A DNA stretch of 64,000 nt from Bacillota bacterium (GCA_030691505.1 JAUYEG010000091.1:34552-98551); one strand, 5' to 3'; counted from the first letter of the stretch, positions 18,263-27,656 are shown. The notes: a model not told the origin generated them from the sequence alone. Program-made: numbers and translations.

Positions 18263-18744
18263 TGGCGCATTTCACATTCCGTCTTCAGCGCGTGCTGGCT
18301 CTGCGCGAGGCAGAGGCCAAGCGGGCCAAGACCGCCGCGGCGGCTGCCGCAGCGGCATCTCACGAGCTAGAGCAGCAACTCGAGCGGGCGGCGTCCGTCA
18401 TGCACAACGCGTCCGAGCCGTTCCGCGCCTCCCCCCGTGGCGCGCGCACGGCGAGCGGCGCCCAACTGGCGGCGGCGGCCGCCTATCTGGGCCGGACCCG
18501 CGACGAGGCTGCCGAGGCAGCAGTCAAGCTGCAGGAGGCATACGCGGTCCAGGCCGAGGGCATGGCCTTAGCCCGCCAGGCATGGGGGGATGCGGAGGCG
18601 CTGTCCAACCTGCGCGACCGCCGCCAGCGGATCTGGCAGAGCGACGAACTCGCCGCCCAGCAGCGTGAGATTGACGACCTGAGCGCCGCCGGCCGCGCGC
18701 GGCAGGCGGCCGGCCCGGCGGCGGCAGACGGGAGGACGGCCTGA
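18262..18744 (+). CDS. fliJ: Flagellar export protein FliJ
   Basis: MAHFTFRLQRVLALREAEAKRAK coiled-coil protein directly after fliI, with an ATGA overlap. Confidence 0.8.
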   Translation: MAHFTFRLQRVLALREAEAKRAKTAAAAAAAASHELEQQLERAASVMHNASEPFRASPRGARTASGAQLAAAAAYLGRTRDEAAEAAVKLQEAYAVQAEGMALARQAWGDAEALSNLRDRRQRIWQSDELAAQQREIDDLSAAGRARQAAGPAAADGRTA

Positions 18745-19445
18745 TGAGCAGGACTCCCGACGTGGAAAAGCAGGCCGTCGCGGCCCGCGGCGAGGACGAC
18801 AGCCCGCAGGCGTCCGAGGGCGCCGCTGAGGCCCGTGCGGGCCTCAGGTTCTCTCCGGTGCTGGTATTCGGCATCGTGTTCCTGCTCCTGGCCATCACCG
18901 CCGCGTCGCTCATAGTCTTTCACCCGACCGCCCGCACGCGTGCCACGGCTCTGGTTTCAGCTGTACTCCGGCGTAGCCCGCCCGCAGGCACCGACGCGGG
19001 CGCGGATCAGGGCACTGGCCCCGGCAGCCCGGGCACACCGGGCACACCGGGCACACCCGGTACGGGCGGGGCAGATGCGCTTGCGGCAGAGCGCGCAGCT
19101 CTTACGGCGGAGCGTGCCCGGCTGAAGGCGCTGGAGGGTGAGCTGTCCGGGCTCGAAGCGATCTTGGCGCAGCGCGAGGAGGCCCTTGCGGCGGCGCAGT
19201 CCGCGCTCGACGAGCAAATCGCCAAGCAGGCGGTCTTTACCGCGGACCTCAACCGCATGGTGCGTATCTGCCAGCAGATGCGCCCGCGCGAGGCCGCCGA
19301 GCTGATGGAGCAACTGGACGACGCGCAGGCCCTGACAATCCTGCTGCGTTTGGCCGAAACCAGCGCCGCCCAGATCCTCGGCGCGATGTCCCGCGACCGG
19401 GCGGCGCAGCTGATCAAATTGATGGTCCCGGCGGGCGCCGGGTAA
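18744..19445 (+). CDS. YlxF/MotE-like flagellar protein (MgtE-N-type domain) with PGT repeat
   Basis: One TM, a (PGT)n linker, a coiled coil, and C-terminal MRPREAAELMEQLDDAQALTILLRLAETSAAQILGAMSRDRAAQL typical of the MgtE-intracellular-N/FlbB family. It has the same position as B. subtilis ylxF. Confidence 0.75.
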   Translation: MSRTPDVEKQAVAARGEDDSPQASEGAAEARAGLRFSPVLVFGIVFLLLAITAASLIVFHPTARTRATALVSAVLRRSPPAGTDAGADQGTGPGSPGTPGTPGTPGTGGADALAAERAALTAERARLKALEGELSGLEAILAQREEALAAAQSALDEQIAKQAVFTADLNRMVRICQQMRPREAAELMEQLDDAQALTILLRLAETSAAQILGAMSRDRAAQLIKLMVPAGAG

Positions 19446-19519
19446 AGAGCAGCCTTGCGGGTGACCGGCGCGTCGTCTGCCCCGGAACCCAGCCAGCGAG
19501 AGAAAGGAGGTCAGAAAAC

Positions 19520-21709
19520 ATGAATGAGACGACAATGGCGATCCCGGGTCTCGGCCTCAACCCAAACGGGTCTGCCCGTCGAGCCCTCGGGGCCGGGCGC
19601 TCAGCGCGCGGCAGTGCGGCCGCGGAGGTAACCGGTGCGGCGATGGATGCAGTGGTCTTCGAGGCCCAGCTGCAGGCCCAACTGCAGGCCCAACTGCAGG
19701 CCCAGGCCCAGTCCGGGCGGACGCCTGAGACCGTGGCTACGGGCTTGGCCGAAGTTAGGGTAGTGGCCGCCGCAGATGCGTCCGGCGTTGACGCAGGAAC
19801 GGGCGTGGGCCCAGGGGCAGGTACAGGCAGTCAGGCGGTCGAGGCATCCATCGTCCACGGAGGCCCCTCCGTCGAGCAGCGTCTCTTCGAGCTGCCCGCA
19901 GCGGACGGGAACGACGCCATGGCTCTGGAGGGTGATCGTGCCCTCACCGGTCAGGGGGGCCTGCGCAGCCGGGTTCAGACGGTGAACGTGTCCGATTCCG
20001 CACCCGCCGGCCTGGAGGCGCCGGTGGCAGAACGGCCCGCGCCCGCGGACGCCGCGGCACGGGATGCGGATGCCGCCACCGCGCCCCCGGCCTTGATGCG
20101 CGGGGCGCCGGCCGACGGCGCTGAACCTGCGGCCGTAACCTGGCCGGCAACTGCGGTCCCGGTGGACGGGCCCTCCAGTGGCGGGGTCAGAAGCCGTCAG
20201 GAAGCCTCGGAACCGGCGGACTCCGACGTCGCCACGGCCCGCGCCAGGCCCGACATCCGCGGGCTGTCCACAACCGACCCTGTGATCGGCCAGGGCAGGA
20301 CCGCTGAGCCCGGAAGCAGGCTCCATGGCGGGTGGGCAATTCGGGCGCCTCAGGCCGCACGCCAGGGCGAACGGCCGTCCACGGACGGCATCCATCCCGG
20401 ACGGCACGACCTGACGGCACTCGCAGAGGCCGACACCGATGAGGTGGTGGCCCAGGCGATCTCCAGAATGCGGGTGCCGCAATCCGCGGCAGGGGGGCGC
20501 GCCCCGGAGGTTCAGCTCCGCCCGGAGACCGCGCCGGAGGCGTCCGATCCTCGATTCCCCGCCCTGGACGCGCCAGCTGTTGACCGGCGCCCGCCCGCGG
20601 GTGTGGCCGCAGGCGGCAGTGGCCTGGTCACGGTGGAAAAGGCGGCGGCAAGCGATTCGTCGACCCGGGCTCCGGCCTGGATGCGCGGGGCTCCGGCCAG
20701 GGAGTTGGCCGCGACTAGCGGTCTGCCGAGGACGGAGCACGGCGGTCACGCCGCCGGGGCGGCGGCCGACGGCGCTGAACCTGCGGCCGTAACCTGGCCG
20801 GCAACCGCGGTCCCGGTGGACGGGCCCTCCAGTGCGCAAAGCGCAGCCGGTGAACAGTCAAAGGCCGTGTCGGTGGCAGAGGCCCGACGCGGGGCCGTAG
20901 GCACGGTGTCCGCCCTGGATACGGAGGCAAGAGAAAACGGACCGGTTCGCGGGCTTCGGCCCGGCACCCCTTCTGCGGCAGCCGGAGCCGCAAGCCGCCT
21001 GGAAGTCTCGGAGCCGGCGGACTCCGACGTCGCCACGGCCCGCGCCAGGCCGGACGGCCGCCGGCTGTCCACAGCCGCTCCTGTGCCCGGCCAGGGCAGG
21101 ACCGTTGAGCCCGGAAGCGGGCTCCACGGCGGGTGGGCAATTCGGGCGCCTCAGGCCGGACACCAGGACGGACGGCCGTCGACGGACGGGATCCATTCCG
21201 GACGGCACGACCTGACGGCGTTCACGGAGGCCGACACCGATGAGGTGGTGGCCCAGGTGATGTCCAGGATGCGCGTGCTGCAATCCGCGGCAGGCGAGCG
21301 CGTCCTGGAGGTCCAGCTCCGCCCTGAGCACCTCGGCCGGATTCTCCTGCGGATCAGCGGCCTGCCGGGGGGCGCCGTGCACGCTGCTCTGCGGGCGGAG
21401 CGCTCGGAGATCGCCGGCCTTTTGCGCGAACGCGTCGTCGAGCTGACGCAAGCCCTCTCGGAACAGGGGCTCCGCGTCGGCGCGGTAGAGGTGTCGACCC
21501 TCACCCAGGCAGGAGCCCAGCATGGCTCGGCGCTGGGTCCCGGAGGCCGTCAGGGCTGGCGTGGCGGACGCGAGGCGAGTACCGCCCGGCAGGATCCCGT
21601 TACAGAGCGCGTTGGCCTCGCAGCGTCAAATGCCGCGCTGCACCCCCACAACTGGGCGGCCCTGCTGCGTCCCGGATACGGGCCGGGGCACGTGAACGTT
21701 CTGGCCTAG
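19520..21709 (+). CDS. fliK: Flagellar hook-length control protein FliK with large internal duplication
   Basis: C-terminal Flg_hook domain (LEVQLRPEHLGRILLRI...GAVHAALRAERSEIAGLLRERVVELTQALSEQGLRVGAVEV). The long Ala/Pro/Gly-rich N-terminal ruler contains a roughly 200-aa repeat. Confidence 0.88.
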   Translation: MNETTMAIPGLGLNPNGSARRALGAGRSARGSAAAEVTGAAMDAVVFEAQLQAQLQAQLQAQAQSGRTPETVATGLAEVRVVAAADASGVDAGTGVGPGAGTGSQAVEASIVHGGPSVEQRLFELPAADGNDAMALEGDRALTGQGGLRSRVQTVNVSDSAPAGLEAPVAERPAPADAAARDADAATAPPALMRGAPADGAEPAAVTWPATAVPVDGPSSGGVRSRQEASEPADSDVATARARPDIRGLSTTDPVIGQGRTAEPGSRLHGGWAIRAPQAARQGERPSTDGIHPGRHDLTALAEADTDEVVAQAISRMRVPQSAAGGRAPEVQLRPETAPEASDPRFPALDAPAVDRRPPAGVAAGGSGLVTVEKAAASDSSTRAPAWMRGAPARELAATSGLPRTEHGGHAAGAAADGAEPAAVTWPATAVPVDGPSSAQSAAGEQSKAVSVAEARRGAVGTVSALDTEARENGPVRGLRPGTPSAAAGAASRLEVSEPADSDVATARARPDGRRLSTAAPVPGQGRTVEPGSGLHGGWAIRAPQAGHQDGRPSTDGIHSGRHDLTAFTEADTDEVVAQVMSRMRVLQSAAGERVLEVQLRPEHLGRILLRISGLPGGAVHAALRAERSEIAGLLRERVVELTQALSEQGLRVGAVEVSTLTQAGAQHGSALGPGGRQGWRGGREASTARQDPVTERVGLAASNAALHPHNWAALLRPGYGPGHVNVLA

Positions 21710-21743
21710 CGGATTCCAACAGCATCGGAGGAGGTGAACGAGC

Positions 21744-22178
21744 GTGAGTACGACCTACGGGGTTTCCGGGACAGGAACGAGCGTGGCCGCAAGCGTTCCG
21801 GCCAGGCAGCCCGGCGACGTCGATAAGCAGCAGTTCCTTAAGCTGCTGGTGACCCAGCTGAGCATGCAGGACCCGCTGAAGCCGATGACCGACCACGCCT
21901 ACATCGCCCAGCTGGCGCAGTTCTCCAGCCTGGAGCAGATGTCCCAGATGAACTCCGAGATGTCCGCCCTGCGGATGTCGCTTGAGAACGGGCAGATGAG
22001 GCAGACGGCACTCGGCGCGCTGAGTCTGCTCGGGGCCCAGGCCACCGTGCGTGGGACCGGCGACCGCAGCCTGACCGGGACGATCGAGGCTGTGAAGCTG
22101 CTGGGCACGACAATCCTGCTGCGCATGGCCGGCGAGGAGTTCACGCTGGATCAACTGCAGGAGGTTACAAGGCAGTGA
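21744..22178 (+). CDS. flgD: Flagellar hook-capping/assembly protein FlgD
   Basis: [40 protein letters not shown]. Confidence 0.9.
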   Translation: MSTTYGVSGTGTSVAASVPARQPGDVDKQQFLKLLVTQLSMQDPLKPMTDHAYIAQLAQFSSLEQMSQMNSEMSALRMSLENGQMRQTALGALSLLGAQATVRGTGDRSLTGTIEAVKLLGTTILLRMAGEEFTLDQLQEVTRQ

Positions 22179-22564
22179 GCGGCGCGGGTCTGGGCGGTAC
22201 GCTGCGGCCCATCGGTCCGCCAGGACGCCCGGAGATCCGGACGCCTGCCCCAGGAGCCACTGGGGCCCAGCGGGGTGGCTTTGCGGACTTCGCGGCCGTG
22301 CTGCGAGCGGAGGTCGAGGGGGTCAAGTTCTCCCAGCATGCGCAACAGCGCCTGCAATCACGCGGGCTTACCCTCAGCGACGCCGCGAGCGCCAGGCTCA
22401 ACGGGGCTCTGGGCACGCTGGCCCGCAAGGGCGGGCGGACCTCGCTGGTGTTGCTTGACGATCTGGCACTCGTGGTCAGCGTCACCAACCGCACGGTGAT
22501 CACCGCTGTGCCAGCTCCCGATGAGGCGGTGTTCACGAACATCGACAGCGCCATCAGGGCGTAG
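22175..22564 (+). CDS. Flagellar operon protein (TIGR02530-like, between flgD and flgE)
   Basis: [18 protein letters not shown]...[28 protein letters not shown] matches my memory of this small conserved family, as does the position. Confidence 0.65.
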   Translation: MSGAGLGGTLRPIGPPGRPEIRTPAPGATGAQRGGFADFAAVLRAEVEGVKFSQHAQQRLQSRGLTLSDAASARLNGALGTLARKGGRTSLVLLDDLALVVSVTNRTVITAVPAPDEAVFTNIDSAIRA

Positions 22565-22645
22565 CAGAGAGGGCCGGACCTCGCAGGAGGGGGCCCCGGC
22601 CGGCGCGGACGGCGACCGGCCAACAAGAAGGGGGTCTAGCAAGAG

Positions 22646-23869
22646 ATGATGCGGTCCATGTTTTCCGGAGTATCCGGACTGCGCAACCATCAGGTGCGCA
22701 TGGACGTCATTGGAAACAACATCGCCAACGTCAACACCGTTGGCTTCAAGGCCGGGCGCGTGACCTTCCAGGAGGTCTTCAGCCAGGTCATCCGGGGGAC
22801 TTCCCCGCCGGACGACGAACTCGGCGGGACCAACCCGCAGCAGATTGGCCTGGGCATGGCCGTTTCCAGCATCGACACGCTGTTCACCCAGGGCAATCTG
22901 CAGATGACGGACAAGATGACCGACCTGGCCATTCAGGGCAACGGGTTCTTCGTGCTCGAGGACGGCGGGCAGTTCGCTTACACCCGCGCCGGGGCATTCG
23001 ACATCGACGGCGCCGGCTACCTGATCGACCCGGGCAGCGGCCGGCGTGTCCTGGGTTGGGCGGCTGACGCCGGTATCCTGCCGATGCGTGACGTCTCCAA
23101 CCTCGGGCCCGTCCGGATCTCGCCCGGGCAGAGCGTGCCGGCCAAGCCCACCTCGGCCCTGACATACGGTGGAAACCTCAACGCCGGTGCGGCCATCGGG
23201 GACAAGCACGTGACCTCCATAGACATCTTCGATTCACTCGGCGCCAAGCACACTCTGGTCATGACGTTTGAGAAGACCGCGGACAATCAATGGTCCTGGA
23301 CCGCCGCGGTCGGCGAAATCGTGCTGGGCGGCGCCGCCGGGACCCTGACGTTCGGACCCACCGGCGAGTTGACCGTCTCCACCGGCGGGCCGATTACGTT
23401 CGACCCCGGCAACGGCGCCGACTCGCTCAGCATCGCCCCCGATTTGGCGAACGTCAACCAGTACGTCTCCAACTCCACATGCAGCGCGGTCAGCCGCGAC
23501 GGCTACGGGGTCGGGGTGCTGGTTTCGTTCACGACCGACCCCGCCGGTACCATCACCGGCGTCTTCAGCAACGGCGTCACGTTGGCGTTGGCCCAGGTGG
23601 CAGTGGCCTCCTTCGCTAACCCCGCGGGCCTGATAAACCAGGGCGGGAGCCTGTACCGCGAGTCCAACAACTCCGGCGTGCGCCAGCTGGGCCAGGCCGG
23701 GACGGGCAACCGCGGCCAGATCGCCTCCGGCGCCCTTGAGATGTCCAATGTCGACCTGTCGCAGGAGTTCACCAACATGATCGTTACCCAGCGGGGATTC
23801 CAGGCAAACTCGAGGATCATCAGCACATCCGACGAGATGCTCCAGGAGCTCGTCAACCTGAAGCGCTGA
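22646..23869 (+). CDS. flgE: Flagellar hook protein FlgE
   Basis: MMRSMFSGVSGLRNHQVRMDVIGNNIANVNTVGFK... and C-terminal LEMSNVDLSQEFTNMIVTQRGFQANSRIISTSDEMLQELVNLKR. Confidence 0.95.
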   Translation: MMRSMFSGVSGLRNHQVRMDVIGNNIANVNTVGFKAGRVTFQEVFSQVIRGTSPPDDELGGTNPQQIGLGMAVSSIDTLFTQGNLQMTDKMTDLAIQGNGFFVLEDGGQFAYTRAGAFDIDGAGYLIDPGSGRRVLGWAADAGILPMRDVSNLGPVRISPGQSVPAKPTSALTYGGNLNAGAAIGDKHVTSIDIFDSLGAKHTLVMTFEKTADNQWSWTAAVGEIVLGGAAGTLTFGPTGELTVSTGGPITFDPGNGADSLSIAPDLANVNQYVSNSTCSAVSRDGYGVGVLVSFTTDPAGTITGVFSNGVTLALAQVAVASFANPAGLINQGGSLYRESNNSGVRQLGQAGTGNRGQIASGALEMSNVDLSQEFTNMIVTQRGFQANSRIISTSDEMLQELVNLKR

Positions 23870-23893
23870 TAGCGGTTAGCAGTCGCAATGCAG

Positions 23894-23919
23894 TGCCGCC
23901 CGGCGCGAGCCGGGCGGCA
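23894..23919 (+). other. Strong GC hairpin after flgE (no U-tract)
   Basis: TGCCGCCCGGC-GCGA-GCCGGGCGGCA: an 11-bp stem with a GNRA loop inside the operon. Confidence 0.5.
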
Positions 23920-23942
23920 TGTGGCCCGGGGGGAGGAGCACG

Positions 23943-24143
23943 GTGATCAACGTAACGAGGCTGAACGGCGGCCGGGTCGTCCTCAACGCCGAGCTCGTCG
24001 AGCTCGTCGAGGCGTTGCCGGACACGACCGTCACGCTGCAAAACGGCCACAAGTACATCGTCGGCGAGACGGTGGACGAGGTCATCGAGCGCATAATTCA
24101 TTACCGCCGGGCACTGCACGTCACCGTCCCGGCGGGGGAGTGA
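23943..24143 (+). CDS. flbD: Flagellar protein FlbD
   Basis: VINVTRLNGGRVVLNAELVELVEALPDTTVTLQNGHKYIVGETVDEVIERIIHYRR. I chose the GTG at 23943, which follows GGGAGGAG. Confidence 0.88.
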   Translation: MINVTRLNGGRVVLNAELVELVEALPDTTVTLQNGHKYIVGETVDEVIERIIHYRRALHVTVPAGE

Positions 24144-24153
24144 GGCGACCGGA

Positions 24154-25029
24154 ATGGACCAGACGACGATCATCGGCCTGGTCGCCGGCCTCATCCTCAT
24201 GCTGCTGGCTCTTGTCCTGGGCGGCACCGCCAGCGCGTTCTGGGATGTCAAATCCATCATTATCACCTTTGGCGGCACCTTCGCCGCAACGCTGATCAGC
24301 CTGCCGACGCGGCAGTTGCTCGAGGCCGGCCGCGTGATGCGCAAGGCCTTCAAGGTCAAGGACGTGCATCCGCTGGCGACCATCTCCGAACTGGTCAGGT
24401 TCGCCGAACGGGCCCGCCGCGAGGGCCTGCTTGCGCTCGAGGACGACGCCGACCAGCTCGACGACCAGTTCCTCAAGAAGGGCCTGCAGCTCGTGGTCGA
24501 CGGCTCCGACCCGGAGCTGGTGCGCGACATCCTGCAGACCGAGATCGCGTTCATCGAGGACAGGCACAAAGCCGGTGCGCAACTGTTTGACACCCTTGGC
24601 GCCCTGGCGCCGGCGTTCGGGATGATCGGGACGATCATCGGTCTGATTCAGATGTTGCGCAACCTGGACGATCCAAGCACCATCGGCAGTGGCATGGCTA
24701 CAGCCCTGCTCACCACGTTTTACGGCGCGCTGGCCGCCAACCTGATCTTTATTCCCATCGCGGGCAAGCTGCGCAACCGCAGCCAGAGCGAGATGCTCAT
24801 GAAAGAGGTCATGTTGGAGGGCATCCTCAGCGTCCAGGCTGGAGACAACCCGCGCATCGTCGAGGAAAAGCTCAAGGTATTCCTCGCCCCCAGGCTACGC
24901 CGGCCGGTCGCCAAGGGCGCCGGGGCGGGTGCCGGGGCTGTGCAGGCAGGGGCGGCGGGTGCCGTCGGTGGCTCCGCCGTGGGCACGGGCGGCGGCGCGG
25001 GCTCCACGTCCAACGGCGGGGCGGCCTAG
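24154..25029 (+). CDS. motA: Flagellar stator protein MotA with Gly/Ala-rich C-terminal tail
   Basis: Four-TM MotA/TolQ/ExbB pattern (AFGMIGTIIGLIQML...TALLTTFYGALAANLIFIPIAGKL). Confidence 0.93.
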   Translation: MDQTTIIGLVAGLILMLLALVLGGTASAFWDVKSIIITFGGTFAATLISLPTRQLLEAGRVMRKAFKVKDVHPLATISELVRFAERARREGLLALEDDADQLDDQFLKKGLQLVVDGSDPELVRDILQTEIAFIEDRHKAGAQLFDTLGALAPAFGMIGTIIGLIQMLRNLDDPSTIGSGMATALLTTFYGALAANLIFIPIAGKLRNRSQSEMLMKEVMLEGILSVQAGDNPRIVEEKLKVFLAPRLRRPVAKGAGAGAGAVQAGAAGAVGGSAVGTGGGAGSTSNGGAA

Positions 25030-25767
25030 ATGGCTTCCACCAGGCGACGCAAATCGCGCCAGGAAGGCGCGCCCGCAGGCGCCCCCGCCTGGATGCTGAC
25101 CTATGGGGACCTGGTTACCCAGATCCTGATCTTCTTTGTGCTGCTGTTTGCGATGTCGTCGATTGACGCGCAGAAGTTCCAGGCCGCCCTGCTGTCGCTG
25201 CAGGGGGCGTTTGGCTTTCTGTCCGGCGAGAGCATGGTTGACCCGCCGAAGATCCCGGACAGCGCGCGGGATGACCTGGACGCGCGCGACTACCAGCAAA
25301 TGCTCGGCGTCCAGCAGCTCATCGATGAGCGGCTGCAGAGCGCGGGGCTGCGGGCCTCCGTTTCCATGGATCTCGAGGAGCGGGGGCTGGTCATCCGGTT
25401 TATGGACAGCGTCCTCTTTGACCCGGGCAAGGCCCAGATCAAGCCTCTCGGGCGGCAGACGCTGGAGAACATCGCGCCGACGCTGCACGAGATCCCAAAC
25501 CAGGTGCGGATCGAGGGCCATACGGACAACCTGCCGATCGTCACAGCCGCCTTCCCCTCCAACTGGGAGCTGTCGACGGCACGGGCGACCAACGTGGTCC
25601 GCTTTCTCATCGAGGACCGCGGGCTGGACGCGCGGCGGATGTCCGCCGCGGGATATGGCGAGTGGCGTCCCGTGGCACCCAACGACAGCCCGGCCAACCG
25701 TCAACTCAACCGCCGGGTTGACATCGTGGTGCTTTATGAATCCAAGGGCCGGCTCGAGCCGAGATAG
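25030..25767 (+). CDS. motB: Flagellar stator protein MotB (OmpA-like C-terminus)
   Basis: WMLTYGDLVTQILIFFVLLF plug/TM region with the conserved Asp. The OmpA-like domain includes GHTDN...NWELSTARA...NRRVDIV. Confidence 0.93.
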   Translation: MASTRRRKSRQEGAPAGAPAWMLTYGDLVTQILIFFVLLFAMSSIDAQKFQAALLSLQGAFGFLSGESMVDPPKIPDSARDDLDARDYQQMLGVQQLIDERLQSAGLRASVSMDLEERGLVIRFMDSVLFDPGKAQIKPLGRQTLENIAPTLHEIPNQVRIEGHTDNLPIVTAAFPSNWELSTARATNVVRFLIEDRGLDARRMSAAGYGEWRPVAPNDSPANRQLNRRVDIVVLYESKGRLEPR

Positions 25768-25778
25768 GGAGGCTGCGC

Positions 25779-26213
25779 ATGAAGGGCAAAGGCAAGTCAC
25801 GGCTGATCCTGCTGGTCGGGCTTCTGGTCTTTATCGCCGGGGCCGGGGCCCTGGTATGGTTCCTGGTGCTCTCCCCCGGCAGGACGTCGGCCAACCCGGC
25901 GCCCGCCCCCGTGGGCAAGCCCTTCGACGCCGGCAGCTATCTCACCAACCTGGCCGATGAGGGCGGCCGGCGGGTGCTCCGAGCCGCGGTGGAGCTGTCC
26001 GTGGGCGACAACAAGACGCTCCAGGAGCTCAAGGAGAGGTCGACCGAGGTGCGCAACGAGATCCTGGCCCTGCTCCGCAGCAAGAGACTGGCTGATTTGG
26101 AGGGCGCCACGGGCATGGTCAACGCCGCCGCCGAGCTTACCGGCCGGATCAACGCCCTCCTGGGGCGGCCCGGCGTCCTGAAGACTTTCTTCACAGATTT
26201 CATTATCCAGTAG
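25779..26213 (+). CDS. fliL: Flagellar basal body-associated protein FliL
   Basis: N-terminal TM plus a FliL domain (YLTNLADEGGRRVLRAAVELSV...EVRNEILALL). Confidence 0.85.
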   Translation: MKGKGKSRLILLVGLLVFIAGAGALVWFLVLSPGRTSANPAPAPVGKPFDAGSYLTNLADEGGRRVLRAAVELSVGDNKTLQELKERSTEVRNEILALLRSKRLADLEGATGMVNAAAELTGRINALLGRPGVLKTFFTDFIIQ

Positions 26214-26253
26214 CCACGGCGGATTTCGTGGCCGGACACGGGAGGTGCAGGCG

Positions 26254-27207
26254 ATGAGCGCGGTTCAGAACCCGGGGCGGCGGGGCGGGAATGCGGCGGC
26301 GCGCCCAGTCAACGGGCATACCCCCATGCGCAGCTACGATTTCCGGCGCCCGGACAAGTTCTCCAAAGATCAGCTGCGCACGCTGCACATGCTGCACGAG
26401 AACTACGCCCGGGTCGTCAGCACCGTCCTGTCGGGGCAGTTGCGGACGACAGTCGAGGTGGCCGTGGCTTCCGTAAAGCAGGAAACCTACGCCGAGTTCT
26501 CACTCCGCCTGCATAACCCCGGCGCGATCGCGGTCGTCTCCCTGGCTCCGCTGAGCGGCAACGCGGTCCTCGAAGTGGAGCCCGGCGTGGCGATGTACCT
26601 CGTGGACCGGGTTCTCGGCGGCGCCGGGACCTCCGCCGTGCAATTGCGGGAGCTGACCGAGATCGAGCTTACCGTGGCCCGCCGTCTGGTGTGGTCGCTG
26701 CTCGAGCACCTTCGCGACGGCTGGCGTAACATCGTGGAGGTTACCCCGGCGGTTGAGTCGGTCGAAACCAACCCCATGTTCACCCAGGTCGTGGCCCCCG
26801 GGGAGATGTGCGCCGTGGTCTCCTTCACCATCAGGGTCGGGCTGGTGGCCGGCACGATCTGCCTGTGCCTTCCCTACCTTCTGATGGAGCCCGTCGTCTC
26901 CAAGCTCACCGCCTTCGTGTGGTTCAGCGGGGCGCCGCGCGCGCGCGCCGCGGCGGACGGGGAAATGATCAAAGCCCGGCTCCAGGAGGTTTCGGTCGAA
27001 GTCGTCGCCGAGCTCGGCGGGGCCGTGCTCACCCTGGAGGACCTGCTTGGTCTTTCGGTCGGTGACGTCGTGGTCCTCGACCGCGCTACGGTCGATCCCA
27101 TCCTGATTCGCGTGGGACACAGCGTCAAGCTCAGCGCCCGTCCCGGAACCCACCGCGGCCGGCTGGCGCTCAGTATCATCGAACGAGTTGAGGAGGGCCA
27201 GCAATGA
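26254..27207 (+). CDS. fliM: Flagellar motor switch protein FliM
   Basis: YDFRRPDKFSKDQLRTLHMLHENYARVVST...; ATG at 26254 after GGGAGGTG. Confidence 0.93.
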   Translation: MSAVQNPGRRGGNAAARPVNGHTPMRSYDFRRPDKFSKDQLRTLHMLHENYARVVSTVLSGQLRTTVEVAVASVKQETYAEFSLRLHNPGAIAVVSLAPLSGNAVLEVEPGVAMYLVDRVLGGAGTSAVQLRELTEIELTVARRLVWSLLEHLRDGWRNIVEVTPAVESVETNPMFTQVVAPGEMCAVVSFTIRVGLVAGTICLCLPYLLMEPVVSKLTAFVWFSGAPRARAAADGEMIKARLQEVSVEVVAELGGAVLTLEDLLGLSVGDVVVLDRATVDPILIRVGHSVKLSARPGTHRGRLALSIIERVEEGQQ

Positions 27208-27632
27208 AGGCAGTCACCTCTGACCCGGCGGCATCCGGGACCACAACGCCCGCCGAGGCCGGCGCAGGAAGCGGCGCAGCCGGCGGCACAGCCGCGCAGG
27301 TCACTGTCCAGAACGCCCTGTTTCAGGATCTTCAGGGCAAGACCGGAGTTTCCGCCGCGCTGGCGGCGGGGGGAGGCAACATGGAGCTGCTGCTCGATGT
27401 GCCGCTCCAGCTGACGGTCGAGCTTGGCCGGGCACGCCGCACGATCAAGGAGGTCCTCGGTTTTGGGCCCGGCTCGGTCGTCGAGCTTGACCGGCTGGCC
27501 GGGGAGCCCGTGGATGTGCTCATCAACGGCAAACTGCTCGGCAAGGGCGAGGTCGTGGTGATCAACGAGAACTTCGGCGTACGCGTCACCGACATCTTGA
27601 GCCCGGTCGAGCGGGTCAGGCAGATAAGCTAG
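27204..27632 (+). CDS. fliN: Flagellar motor switch protein FliN (short form, no CheC-like domain)
   Basis: LLLDVPLQLTVELGRARRTIKEVLGFGPGSVVELDRLAGEPVDVLINGKLLGKGEVVVINENFGVRV (SpoA domain). Confidence 0.92.
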   Translation: MKAVTSDPAASGTTTPAEAGAGSGAAGGTAAQVTVQNALFQDLQGKTGVSAALAAGGGNMELLLDVPLQLTVELGRARRTIKEVLGFGPGSVVELDRLAGEPVDVLINGKLLGKGEVVVINENFGVRVTDILSPVERVRQIS

Positions 27633-27656
27633 CCTGGCTGGTGTGGAGGTATAAGC

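Noticed and set aside
19601-20839. 412-aa minus-strand ORF, plus several other ORFs overlapping fliK
   Set aside because: It is the low-complexity antisense or alternate frame of the Ala/Pro/Gly-rich fliK ruler region. The fliK frame ends in a bona fide Flg_hook domain and has a strong SD.
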